From an uncultured Deferribacteraceae bacterium (GTDB lineage: Bacteria > Chrysiogenota > Deferribacteres > CAMZNJ01), in NCBI GenBank assembly GCA_947313825.1, contig CAMZNJ010000024.1, positions 1 to 56,781 on the forward strand: a stretch of 56,781 nt of DNA. The letters are read 5' to 3'. The position numbers and the translations under genes are program-made. This document shows positions 29,916 through 38,343 of this stretch, piece by piece. The notes under the pieces are model-generated. The model was not told the DNA's origin. It saw nothing but the letters and a program-made list of their open reading frames with translations, and did no database searches. How positions within the stretch are numbered: the first letter of the stretch is position 1; each line of letters opens with the position of its first letter.

Positions 29916-30144
29916 GCACACACCTGCACGCACGCACACGCTCGCCACGCACGCACACGCTCGCCATGCACGCACGCACACGCTCGCCATGCACGCACGC
30001 ACACGCTCGCCATGCACGCACGCACACGCTCGCCATGCACGCACACGCTCGCCATGCACGCACGCACACGCTCGCCATGCTCGCACGCACACACCTGCCA
30101 CGCACGCACACACCTGCCACGCACGCACACACCTGCACGCACGC
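29916..30144. repeat. About 230 bp CA/GC-rich array, main unit 23 bp GCACGCACGCACACGCTCGCCAT with 18-20 bp variants
   Basis: Read directly. Confidence 0.96.
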
Positions 30145-30222
30145 TGGAAAATATTACGCAAAATAAAACTTCTTTCAAAATAGTAAACATTATGATACTA
30201 TTTATGCCAAAGAGGTGAATTT

Positions 30223-30804
30223 ATGAGCATACCAAAAAAACAGTTTTATCATGGTGCTATTCTACTGGAAATATTAGAAAATGCTGACGACCAAATTAGC
30301 CTAATCTCAAAACAACAGGACGACGAGAAAAAAAGATCTTACGCAGAAAAATACTGCATTCGAACCAAAAATACCGTCGAAGAGGGCGTCAATGTACTAA
30401 TACAAGTTAGGGATAACGCCAGAAAAAATGCGGGCGAAACACCCGTATGGGATTTTCGAAACGTGGAATATATTGAAGGGTATGTATATATTTTTATGTG
30501 CGGCAATGAAACCACAAAGGGAAAATATATCCCTAAGGCGTGTCTCATTACCCCCGAAAACATAGAAGTGGTTATGGATGACCAGAAAGACAAAAATGGC
30601 GAAACATTTCACATAACCATATCCATGAACCCCGGTAGCCAAGGAAGTTTCAAGATTAGGACACCGAATCGCAACAAAAAAGAGCTATTCAAAGTGAAGC
30701 AGAAAGACTTTAAAGAATTCTTCAAAACGCCGTATCTTTTTGGGGCTGATAGTGCGACACGCGTGAACCATGCTCAGCACTCAGCGACACCGCGACACGC
30801 GTGA
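30223..30804 (+). CDS. Hypothetical protein (AT-rich orphan)
   Basis: 193 aa ORF with AGAGGTG RBS at 30211-30217. No family recognised with confidence. The last ~16 codons and the stop come from the adjacent repeat. Confidence 0.7.
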   Translation: MSIPKKQFYHGAILLEILENADDQISLISKQQDDEKKRSYAEKYCIRTKNTVEEGVNVLIQVRDNARKNAGETPVWDFRNVEYIEGYVYIFMCGNETTKGKYIPKACLITPENIEVVMDDQKDKNGETFHITISMNPGSQGSFKIRTPNRNKKELFKVKQKDFKEFFKTPYLFGADSATRVNHAQHSATPRHA

Positions 30805-30999
30805 GCACCGCGACCCGCGTGAGCCGTGCTCAGCACTCAGCAACACCGCGACCCGCGTGAACCGTGCTCAGCACTCAGCAACACCGCGAACTGCGTGAAC
30901 CGTGCTCAGCACTCAGCAACACCGCGACACGCGTGAGCACCGCGACCCGCGTGAACCGTGCTCAGCACTCAGCAACACCGCGACCCGCGTGAACCGTGC
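30754..30999. repeat. Composite array: 5 x 38 bp GCGACCCGCGTGAACCGTGCTCAGCACTCAGCAACACC, 2 x 18 bp GCGACACGCGTGAGCACC and a partial unit
   Basis: Order 38,18,38,38,38,18,38,20. Ends 3 bp from the cysS stop. Confidence 0.96.
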
Positions 31000-31002
31000 G
31001 AA

Positions 31003-32442
31003 CTACGACTCGCGTACCTTGCTCACAAAATAATGGGTGCCACTAGCAGTATCCATAAGCATTATCCCCATTTGTGCAAGGGTATCACGTATCTCATCCG
31101 ATGTTGCGAAATCCTTACTCTCACGAGCAGCGTTGCGGCGAGAAATATAGTCCTGCAATTCCGACTCACTAATAGGCATAATCTGATGGAAAAACTCCAC
31201 AGGTGCCATGGTGAGGACACCCAAAATAGACGAAACCGTAGCAACAACAGAAGCATTAGACTCCTGCAATAACACGAGAGTTGCAGCGTTTATCTTACTG
31301 TTCAAAATACTGTTGCACCCGTTGGTGTAGGTGAATAAAGCAGCAAGAGCCAAAGGCGTATTGAAATCGTCATCCATGGCAGAGGTAAAGCTACTTGCAA
31401 AGTCGGAGTAGAGACGCTCAACTTCCGACCGAGCATCCACACCCTTTGTGCCAGCTGTGGCAGTATTAGTTTCAGCAAGGTAGTTGTAGAGTCGTGTGAG
31501 GGATCGCTCCGACTCAAGTACTAAGTCGACGGAATAGTTGAGACTGCTTCGGTAGTGTGTTTTGGCGAAAAATAGGCGGATAACTTCGGGATGGAACTGC
31601 TCAAGCATTGCATCCACAGTGATGAAGTTATTCAATGATTTGCTCATTTTAACACCATCCACGGTTAGCAAACCGTTATGCATCCAGTAAGCTGCGAGGG
31701 GGCTCTCGCCTAACGATTCGGATTGTGCGATTTCGTTTTCGTGGTGGGGAAAAACCAGATCAAGTCCGCCGCCATGTATGTCGATGGAGCCTCCCAGTTC
31801 GCTACGTATCATGGCTGAGCATTCAATATGCCAGCCTGGGCGACCGTCGCCCCATGTTGTTTCCCATGAGGGTTCCCCCGCTTTGGCACCCTTCCACAGG
31901 GCAAAGTCGAGTTCCGATTCTTTACGTTCTTTGGCAGCGTCGCCCTCCCCAGAAGTAATGTCGTCGAGGTTGCGGTTGCTGAGTTTGCCGTACTGTGCAA
32001 ATTTATTGACACGAAAGTAGACGTCGCCTTGGGAGGCGTATGCAACCCCTTTGTTTATGAGCTCTTCGATGAACGTAATAATATTGCCGATGTGCTCTGT
32101 TGCCCTTGGAGCGACTGTTGGTGGCATAACATTGAGTTGTTTTGCGAATTCTTGGTGTTTCTTGATGTATCTTTCAGAGATATTTTGGAAGCTTGTGTTT
32201 TCGGATATTGCTTTGTGTATTATTTTGTCGTCGATGTCGGTGTAGTTTTTGGCGAATGAGACGTTGTAGCCGAGGTGCAGGAGGTATTTGCGTATGATGT
32301 CGAATGCGATATCGCTTCGGGCATGTCCGATATGGGACGTGTTGTAAGTGGTGATGCCACAGACATACATTTTGACAGTATTGGGTTCCATTGTTTTGAA
32401 GTTTTCTTTGCTTCGGGATAAGGTATTGTAAATTTTTAACAT
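31003..32442 (-). CDS. cysS: Cysteine--tRNA ligase
   Basis: MYVCGIT, HIGH, GRPGWHIECSAM, HGGGLDLVFPHHENE and KMSKS. Confidence 0.98.
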   Translation of the reverse strand: MLKIYNTLSRSKENFKTMEPNTVKMYVCGITTYNTSHIGHARSDIAFDIIRKYLLHLGYNVSFAKNYTDIDDKIIHKAISENTSFQNISERYIKKHQEFAKQLNVMPPTVAPRATEHIGNIITFIEELINKGVAYASQGDVYFRVNKFAQYGKLSNRNLDDITSGEGDAAKERKESELDFALWKGAKAGEPSWETTWGDGRPGWHIECSAMIRSELGGSIDIHGGGLDLVFPHHENEIAQSESLGESPLAAYWMHNGLLTVDGVKMSKSLNNFITVDAMLEQFHPEVIRLFFAKTHYRSSLNYSVDLVLESERSLTRLYNYLAETNTATAGTKGVDARSEVERLYSDFASSFTSAMDDDFNTPLALAALFTYTNGCNSILNSKINAATLVLLQESNASVVATVSSILGVLTMAPVEFFHQIMPISESELQDYISRRNAARESKDFATSDEIRDTLAQMGIMLMDTASGTHYFVSKVRES

Positions 32443-32532
32443 ATTTAGGCACCATTATTGAGATTATTGGTAATGTTTGGTTAGAGTGTATACGTATTGA
32501 GAATAGTGGTCAATAGTGGAGTTCTTAGAGTA

Positions 32533-32579
32533 TCTGAGGGGCATATTTACTGGGTTAAGCCAGTGGCATACCCCTCAGA
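32533..32579. terminator. Hairpin between the cytochrome gene and cysS (possible terminator)
   Basis: TCTGAGGGG/CCCCTCAGA outer stem and ACTGG/CCAGT inner stem. No clear U-tract. Confidence 0.35.
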
Positions 32580-32758
32580 ATAAGGAATTTATAACATATG
32601 AGCCTATGTTAGCAAAATTTTACGACATGCCGTGTTGTTTAAATCTATTGGTGTAGATTTTTTGGCATGTGGGGCAGAGTTTGTCAGCGTGTAGCGTTAA
32701 GCTGCCTCTTAACGCGGTAGTGTATCTAAAATGGGCACCCAAGCAAAGGGCACGGGTT

Positions 32759-33145
32759 CTACAGCTTTGCACCAGTATGACATGTAGCACAGTTTCTGCT
32801 GACCTTAACCTTCTTTACGTTATGGCATTCCCAGCAGAATTCGACGTGCAATTTGTTTTTAACACCATCTTGCACAACGGTGGAGATGTCGAGTGGTTGC
32901 CCTGTTTTTTGTGAAACAAGTACTTTTTTGGAGGCACCGACAACATGACATGTGGCACATTGGTTCTCCACTGCTTTAACGTGTGAGTCGTGGTCGAAGA
33001 TTGCTGATTTCTTTGAGAGCCCTGTAAATCCGAGGTGTTCGGCAACACTAATTTTTCCCTTTGGTGGTGCGTCCACAGCTAGTGCAATGGCTGCAAATGA
33101 AAGGGACAGTATTATTAAAAATCCAATAACTAGTTTAGCTCTCAT
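32759..33145 (-). CDS. Periplasmic triheme cytochrome c (c7/PpcA-like, cytochrome c3 superfamily)
   Basis: Signal peptide, FDHDSH distal His pair, CATCH, H..F-CWECH and CATCH. GAGGTG RBS before ATG 33145. Confidence 0.9.
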   Translation of the reverse strand: MRAKLVIGFLIILSLSFAAIALAVDAPPKGKISVAEHLGFTGLSKKSAIFDHDSHVKAVENQCATCHVVGASKKVLVSQKTGQPLDISTVVQDGVKNKLHVEFCWECHNVKKVKVSRNCATCHTGAKL

Positions 33146-33482
33146 AAGTGGCACCTCACTTTTCTGTATCTTTTTTGTTGCAAAGTAATACGATGATAAT
33201 CGATTTAATTGTTCTAATCAATCTATTTAATTAACAAAGCAGTACTTACCAAAGATTGTATCACAAGGAATATAAATCTGTAAAGAATTTATCGGAATTC
33301 TTGGCGAAAAATATTACTAAAAGATGCGGGTGCAACAAACTAGCCGTACGAGCAACAGGTCGATGCAGTCCACGGGAGCCCATGCAGTCCACGGGATGCA
33401 AGTGTAGTAAACTAGCCGTACGAGCAACAGCGACCAGAAAGTTGGTTGCTTTGACGCGGGGCAAGGGATAACGATAGGACTA

Positions 33483-33519
33483 CCCCTTAATGTGGCGGTG
33501 TAGAGTGGACATTAAGGGG
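33483..33519 (-). terminator. 11-bp-stem hairpin downstream of the second cytochrome gene
   Basis: CCCCTTAATGT-15 nt-ACATTAAGGGG, 11 bp after the stop. Confidence 0.5.
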
Positions 33520-33530
33520 CATAGGTAGTA

Positions 33531-33923
33531 CTAGGTTTTTGGACCAGTGTGGCATGTAGCACACTTTTTGCCAACGTTAACCTTCTCTACGTTGTGGCAT
33601 TCCCAGCAGAATTCAACGTGCATTTTGTTTTTAACACCATCCTGCACAATAGTTGAGATGTCGAGGGGTTTCCCTGTTTTTTGTGAGATGAGTACGCCTC
33701 TAGTAGGGGGGTTGTCCCCATGGCAAGTTGTGCAACTATGGTTTGCCCTGTCTTCTACGGGTATTTTACTGGAAGTGCCGTGTCCTCTGTGCGACCAGTA
33801 AACTCCCTTCTGCGTAGTGTTCTCAAGCTGTAGTCTCTCAGCAATACTGTCCTTAGCCATAGATACTGCCGAAAAAGACAGCACCAGAGTCAAAGACAGA
33901 CCGAAAATAAATAATTTTCTCAT
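33531..33923 (-). CDS. Periplasmic triheme cytochrome c, paralog of 32759-33145
   Basis: Signal peptide MRKLF..., WSHRGH, CTTCH, CWECH and CATCH. GGAGG RBS before ATG 33923. Confidence 0.9.
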   Translation of the reverse strand: MRKLFIFGLSLTLVLSFSAVSMAKDSIAERLQLENTTQKGVYWSHRGHGTSSKIPVEDRANHSCTTCHGDNPPTRGVLISQKTGKPLDISTIVQDGVKNKMHVEFCWECHNVEKVNVGKKCATCHTGPKT

Positions 33924-33949
33924 ATAAAGTCCTCCTATGTCCAAAATAG

Positions 33950-33987
33950 TAACTAATGTATTACTTATAACTAATGTATTACTTATA
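33950..33987. repeat. 2 x 18 bp TAACTAATGTATTACTTA
   Basis: Perfect tandem duplication upstream of the cytochrome RBS. Confidence 0.9.
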
Positions 33988-34114
33988 TGAGCAATTGTAG
34001 CACAACAATATGAAGTTGTAAAGAAATTTTTTTTCGAAAGGCTTGACGAAAAATACAATTAGAAGGTGCAGGTGCAACAAACTAGCGGTACGGGCAACGT
34101 GAAAATTAATTACC

Positions 34115-34144
34115 TTGACGAAAGGGGGGTGAAGTAGTTATAAT
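34115..34144 (+). promoter_or_regulatory. Putative sigma70 promoter of tkt
   Basis: TTGACG-18 bp-TATAAT. Confidence 0.65.
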
Positions 34145-34320
34145 GTGTTTATATGTTCGGTAAGTATTGTAGCCTTGAAAGTGGCACTAGTGGCATGAAA
34201 AACTGCACGAAAATTAACCACAGTCGTTAATTAACCACAGTCGCCTCAAACAACAAATACCTACTGTTCACACAACTTTACATATTGATAAGTTTTTCAA
34301 GAAAAATTAGGAGTATTCTT

Positions 34321-36306
34321 ATGTCTAAAAAAGGTCTTACTCATGAAAACGGCGTCGAGGTGCTGAAAAATGTTCAGCTACCATTATCCGACAGGGATTT
34401 GTCCACTTTAGAAAGCTCAGCAAAGGTGTGCCGCGGCGATATCCTCACCATGACAACTGTTGCCAAATCGGGGCATCAGGGTGGTTCAATGTCCTCCATC
34501 GACGCACTGCTGTCCATCTACGCATACGCGAACATCTCCCCAAAAAATATGGACGACCCAAACCGTGATCGCATTGTTGTCTCCATTGGGCACATCTCCC
34601 CTGCAGTATATTCCACACTTTCTGCACATGGATTCATCAATCGCGAAGAGATGCTGACCGGATTCCGACACATTGAATCCAGCATTGAGGGGCACGTAAC
34701 CCGCTCTATCCCTGGTGTTGAGTGGACGACGGGGAACCTCGGGCAAGGATTGTCGACGGCGTGTGGCTTTGCTCTATCGGCGAAAATCCATGGCTCAAAC
34801 GCACACACATACTGCCTACTCGGAGACGGTGAATCGCAAAAAGGACAACTACTAGAAGCAGCACGCTTTGCATCCAAATACAAACTCAACAACATTACAG
34901 CACTCATCGACTACAACGCACTACAATCCACAGGCAAAGTTGGCGAAGTTATGCCCACCAACATAAAAGCCCTTTACATGGCGTGTGGCTGGCATGTGGA
35001 AGAGATAGACGGACACAATTTCAAACAAATACTGGCAACAATCAACAGTGCAACAAAAGTAGACAGACCCGTACTCGTTATCCTCAACACAACCATGGGG
35101 AAGGGTGTGTCGTTCATGGAAAACAAGCACGGTTACCATGGTGCTCCAACAAACGACGAACTTTACGCCGAAGCTTGTGCTGAACTAGGCGTTGCAGGAG
35201 ACCTAGACAAATATCGCAGTCAACGCTGGGGATACAACTACACCAAATACTCACTGGAAAACCCCGCAATCAACATGCAAGTCGGGTTCCCCAAGGTGTA
35301 CCCCGCCGGAACAAAAACCGACAACAGGAGTGCTTTCGGGAACGCAATTCACAGCGTTATCTCATCCCAAGAAACCGCCATCGATGTCAAACAAAATACC
35401 GACAAACAACCGCAACGACTCATCGCATTCGACTGCGACCTACTAGGCTCAGTCAAACTCGGCGATGTTGCCAAAAATTACCCCAACTGCTTCTACCAAG
35501 CAGGAATAATGGAGCACCACGTTGTTTCAACTGTCGGTGCCATGTCCGTTAGCGGTATCGTACCATTCTTCGCCGGGTTCGGAATGTTTAACCTCATCGA
35601 ATCATACAACCAAAACAGGATGAACGACATTAACGGCAGTAACGTCAAACTTGCCGCAACACACTGTGGCGTGGATGTTGGTGAAGATGGCAAAACACAC
35701 CACTGCGTCGACTACCTCTCACTTGTGCGTAACCTACCCAACTTCAAACTGTACGCACCTGCCGACGCAAACCAAACAGACAGGATTGTTCGACAAGCTG
35801 CACGGGAGTACGGGAACGTATTCATCGCCATGGGACGGTCGCCAATACCAACAATCACCAATGAAGACGGAACAGTATTCTTCGACGAAAACTACCGTGT
35901 TGAATACGGCAAAGTTGATACACTACGCAAAGGAGACTTCCCACTACTGGCTTACGGACAAATGACATATCGTGCCATAGAAGCATACGATATCCTCAAA
36001 GGGGATGACGAAACGTCAGGGCTATCGGTGGGAGTGTACAACGTTGCAACACCACTACACATCGACGAAAACGAAATCACTCGCCTAGCAAAAAATGGCG
36101 TAATCTTCACATACGAAGACCACCTCTACCAAGGGGGGCTATTCGCAACCGTAAGCACAGCTGTGGCAAGGCTAGGACTAAACTGTCGCGTCGTACCGTT
36201 TGGCATTAGCTATTACGCACCTTGCGGAGCATCCGAAGATATTTACAAAACCCTCGGACTGGATCCCACAACTGTTGCTGAAAAAATCCAATTCAACCTC
36301 AAATAG
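34321..36306 (+). CDS. tkt: Transketolase (single-chain)
   Basis: SGHQGG, DRIVVSIGH, TGNLGQG, GDGE...EA, DGH, GIMEH and GEDGKTH. AGGAG RBS before ATG 34321. Confidence 0.95.
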   Translation: MSKKGLTHENGVEVLKNVQLPLSDRDLSTLESSAKVCRGDILTMTTVAKSGHQGGSMSSIDALLSIYAYANISPKNMDDPNRDRIVVSIGHISPAVYSTLSAHGFINREEMLTGFRHIESSIEGHVTRSIPGVEWTTGNLGQGLSTACGFALSAKIHGSNAHTYCLLGDGESQKGQLLEAARFASKYKLNNITALIDYNALQSTGKVGEVMPTNIKALYMACGWHVEEIDGHNFKQILATINSATKVDRPVLVILNTTMGKGVSFMENKHGYHGAPTNDELYAEACAELGVAGDLDKYRSQRWGYNYTKYSLENPAINMQVGFPKVYPAGTKTDNRSAFGNAIHSVISSQETAIDVKQNTDKQPQRLIAFDCDLLGSVKLGDVAKNYPNCFYQAGIMEHHVVSTVGAMSVSGIVPFFAGFGMFNLIESYNQNRMNDINGSNVKLAATHCGVDVGEDGKTHHCVDYLSLVRNLPNFKLYAPADANQTDRIVRQAAREYGNVFIAMGRSPIPTITNEDGTVFFDENYRVEYGKVDTLRKGDFPLLAYGQMTYRAIEAYDILKGDDETSGLSVGVYNVATPLHIDENEITRLAKNGVIFTYEDHLYQGGLFATVSTAVARLGLNCRVVPFGISYYAPCGASEDIYKTLGLDPTTVAEKIQFNLK

Positions 36307-36333
36307 CCTCAAATAGCAACCAAAGGGGAAGGA

Positions 36334-36365
36334 GCAATGGGAACAACGCCTCACGTTCCCATTGC
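36334..36365 (+). terminator. Hairpin after tkt
   Basis: GCAATGGGAAC-10 nt-GTTCCCATTGC (11 bp stem), no U-tract. Confidence 0.5.
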
Positions 36366-36446
36366 ACCACCTCCATGCACGAAAGTGTTGTTAAGTACCC
36401 CCGTTGTATGCTATAATCCCCTTTGAATTAAATTAAGGGGTCTTGG

Positions 36447-37289
36447 ATGTACAAAAACAACAAAGATGGCGAAAATAAGCGTGGTGGTTACAGAAAAAAC
36501 AGATCTGGAGGCAGCAATATCGGTGGCACAACCACTAGATACCCCCAAAAAAAAGACAGAACTGCCTCAACCAAAATACAACTACCCCCCGATGGGAGCA
36601 GGATGATTGCTTTTGGCAAGAATAGTGTTAGCGAAGCGTGCAAAGCTGGAATCGCCAAACATATTCACATTCGCAAAGGCACAAACCTTTACGACGTTGA
36701 CTTCAATGCCAAAGTGTCGGTGCACTCTAGTGAGGAGTACGCACAACTCTTCCCCAATGCTGTGTCAGGCTCAGCTGTTGAGGTTGTAACACCCCTTCTT
36801 CGTTCGTTGCGTGCTAATACTCACCTTGGCAACCTTGTTCTTGTTCTCGATAAGGTTCAGGATCCCCAAAATTTCGGTGCCATCATCCGTGCGGCATACT
36901 CATTCAACTTCCACAGCATCATCATTCAACGCCACTCTCAGGTGAAGGTAACACCTACTGTTTTCAGTGCTAGTGCTGGCTGTGTTGCCCATGTGAAACT
37001 GTTCGAAGTTGTAAACCTCCCTGAAGGGGTTGAAACTTTGAGCAACTTAGGTTACAAAATCTACTCCACCGCTTCAGAGGGAACAAATATTTACGACATT
37101 ACTATCCCTGAGCGTGCCGCTGTTATTTTGGGCTCAGAGGGGAAAGGGGTGCGTAGCAAGCTTTCTGACCTTGCCAATGAACAGATTACCATACCTATGA
37201 CACAAGGTGCGGACTCCCTAAACGTATCCCAAGCGGCAGCCATTACCATGCACTATTTCCACCGTGGCAATGCAAAATACACAGACTAA
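36447..37289 (+). CDS. SpoU/TrmH-family RNA 2'-O-methyltransferase (RlmB-like)
   Basis: LDKVQDPQNFGAIIR, ASAG, GSEGKG and IPM...SLNVSQAA. Confidence 0.92.
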   Translation: MYKNNKDGENKRGGYRKNRSGGSNIGGTTTRYPQKKDRTASTKIQLPPDGSRMIAFGKNSVSEACKAGIAKHIHIRKGTNLYDVDFNAKVSVHSSEEYAQLFPNAVSGSAVEVVTPLLRSLRANTHLGNLVLVLDKVQDPQNFGAIIRAAYSFNFHSIIIQRHSQVKVTPTVFSASAGCVAHVKLFEVVNLPEGVETLSNLGYKIYSTASEGTNIYDITIPERAAVILGSEGKGVRSKLSDLANEQITIPMTQGADSLNVSQAAAITMHYFHRGNAKYTD

Positions 37290-37528
37290 CACTAGGCTGA
37301 CCTGTGCAAGCAATAAATATTTTCACTAGATAAGTGTTGCCGAGGGGTATGGGGCTGAAACTACTTTGTATATTTGTGTGTAGCCATAGGAATGCACACA
37401 AATAGGGGCAGTACTTGTCAGTAGGTTAATATTTTTATAGACAAAACATTTTTAGAAGTATACCCTAATTTATTAGAAGTTGGCTTGCCCCACAGTAGGG
37501 GGTAAGAACCACTTTCGCAAGAGGCTTG

Positions 37529-37963
37529 ATGAAAATAACAGTTGTTACATGCTCCAAGCTAAAAGATAGCCACCTTGTTGATCAGTTTAACAAATACTCA
37601 TCAAGGCTCAAAGGGCATGTAGACCTGCAGTTCGTCGAACTCTCTGGTAAAGAGTCGGCTGTGGACAAATATATTCGCAACTTGTCGCCTAAGGCACAAC
37701 TAATAGCCATGGACGAACGTGGACGAACCGTTGACAGTCGTGGATTTGCCAAAATCATGGGCGACAACCAAACCCATGGCGGAGCCAATCTGGTATTCCT
37801 CATCGGACCACCAGAAGGGCTACCACAAGTAGCTAGAACACGAGCTGATATGCTTGTCTCCCTCTCTCCACTCACAATGCCATATCAGTTAGCATTTAAT
37901 GTTCTTGTAGAACAAATATATCGAGGGCACACCATATTAACTGGTCATCCCTACAACAAATAA
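37529..37963 (+). CDS. rlmH: 23S rRNA m3-pseudouridine-1915 methyltransferase
   Basis: MDERG, FLIGPPEG, SLSPLTMP and EQIYR...GHPY. Confidence 0.93.
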   Translation: MKITVVTCSKLKDSHLVDQFNKYSSRLKGHVDLQFVELSGKESAVDKYIRNLSPKAQLIAMDERGRTVDSRGFAKIMGDNQTHGGANLVFLIGPPEGLPQVARTRADMLVSLSPLTMPYQLAFNVLVEQIYRGHTILTGHPYNK

Positions 37964-37974
37964 GGAGCTTAGTT

Positions 37975-38334
37975 ATGAACGCAAAAGTCCTAGAAACTTA
38001 CAAAGATAAGTTAAGTAACCTTAAAGAAGAGACAAATAGGCTGAGACAAATTCATCTAGAGGAATCGCAAACAACGTTCACCGGCTCGATGGATGTCATC
38101 GACGAAGCAAACGTAATGCAAGACAAAGGCATGGTTCTCGAAAAACTCGAAACAGATAACAAAAAAATACGACTCATTGAAGCAGCACTGCAACGCATTG
38201 AAGACGGTGTGTTTGGCGAATGTCAGTACTGTGGCGACAAAATCGCCAAAGAAAGACTCTCATTCATCCCGTACGCAAAATACTGCAAAGACTGCAAAGA
38301 AGAACTCGAAAAGGAGGGGAAAAGCCACTACTAG
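37975..38334 (+). CDS. dksA: DksA/TraR C4 zinc-finger protein
   Basis: Coiled coil with DVID, then ALQRIEDGVFGECQYCG..I..ERL..IPYAKYCKDC. Confidence 0.85.
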   Translation: MNAKVLETYKDKLSNLKEETNRLRQIHLEESQTTFTGSMDVIDEANVMQDKGMVLEKLETDNKKIRLIEAALQRIEDGVFGECQYCGDKIAKERLSFIPYAKYCKDCKEELEKEGKSHY

Positions 38335-38343
38335 GCTTTCACC

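Noticed and set aside
29550-30218. Six overlapping Cys/His-rich ORFs (CVRAWRACAC / HARTRSP)
   Set aside because: They are translations of the stop-free CA/GC repeat, with no RBS or domain support.
30754-30999. CRISPR array (38-bp repeats)
   Set aside because: Units are directly adjacent with no unique spacers, and there are no cas genes in the window.
33924-34058. 45-aa N-terminal extension of the second cytochrome
   Set aside because: The GGAGG RBS and signal peptide point to ATG 33923, and the extension runs through the 18-bp duplication.
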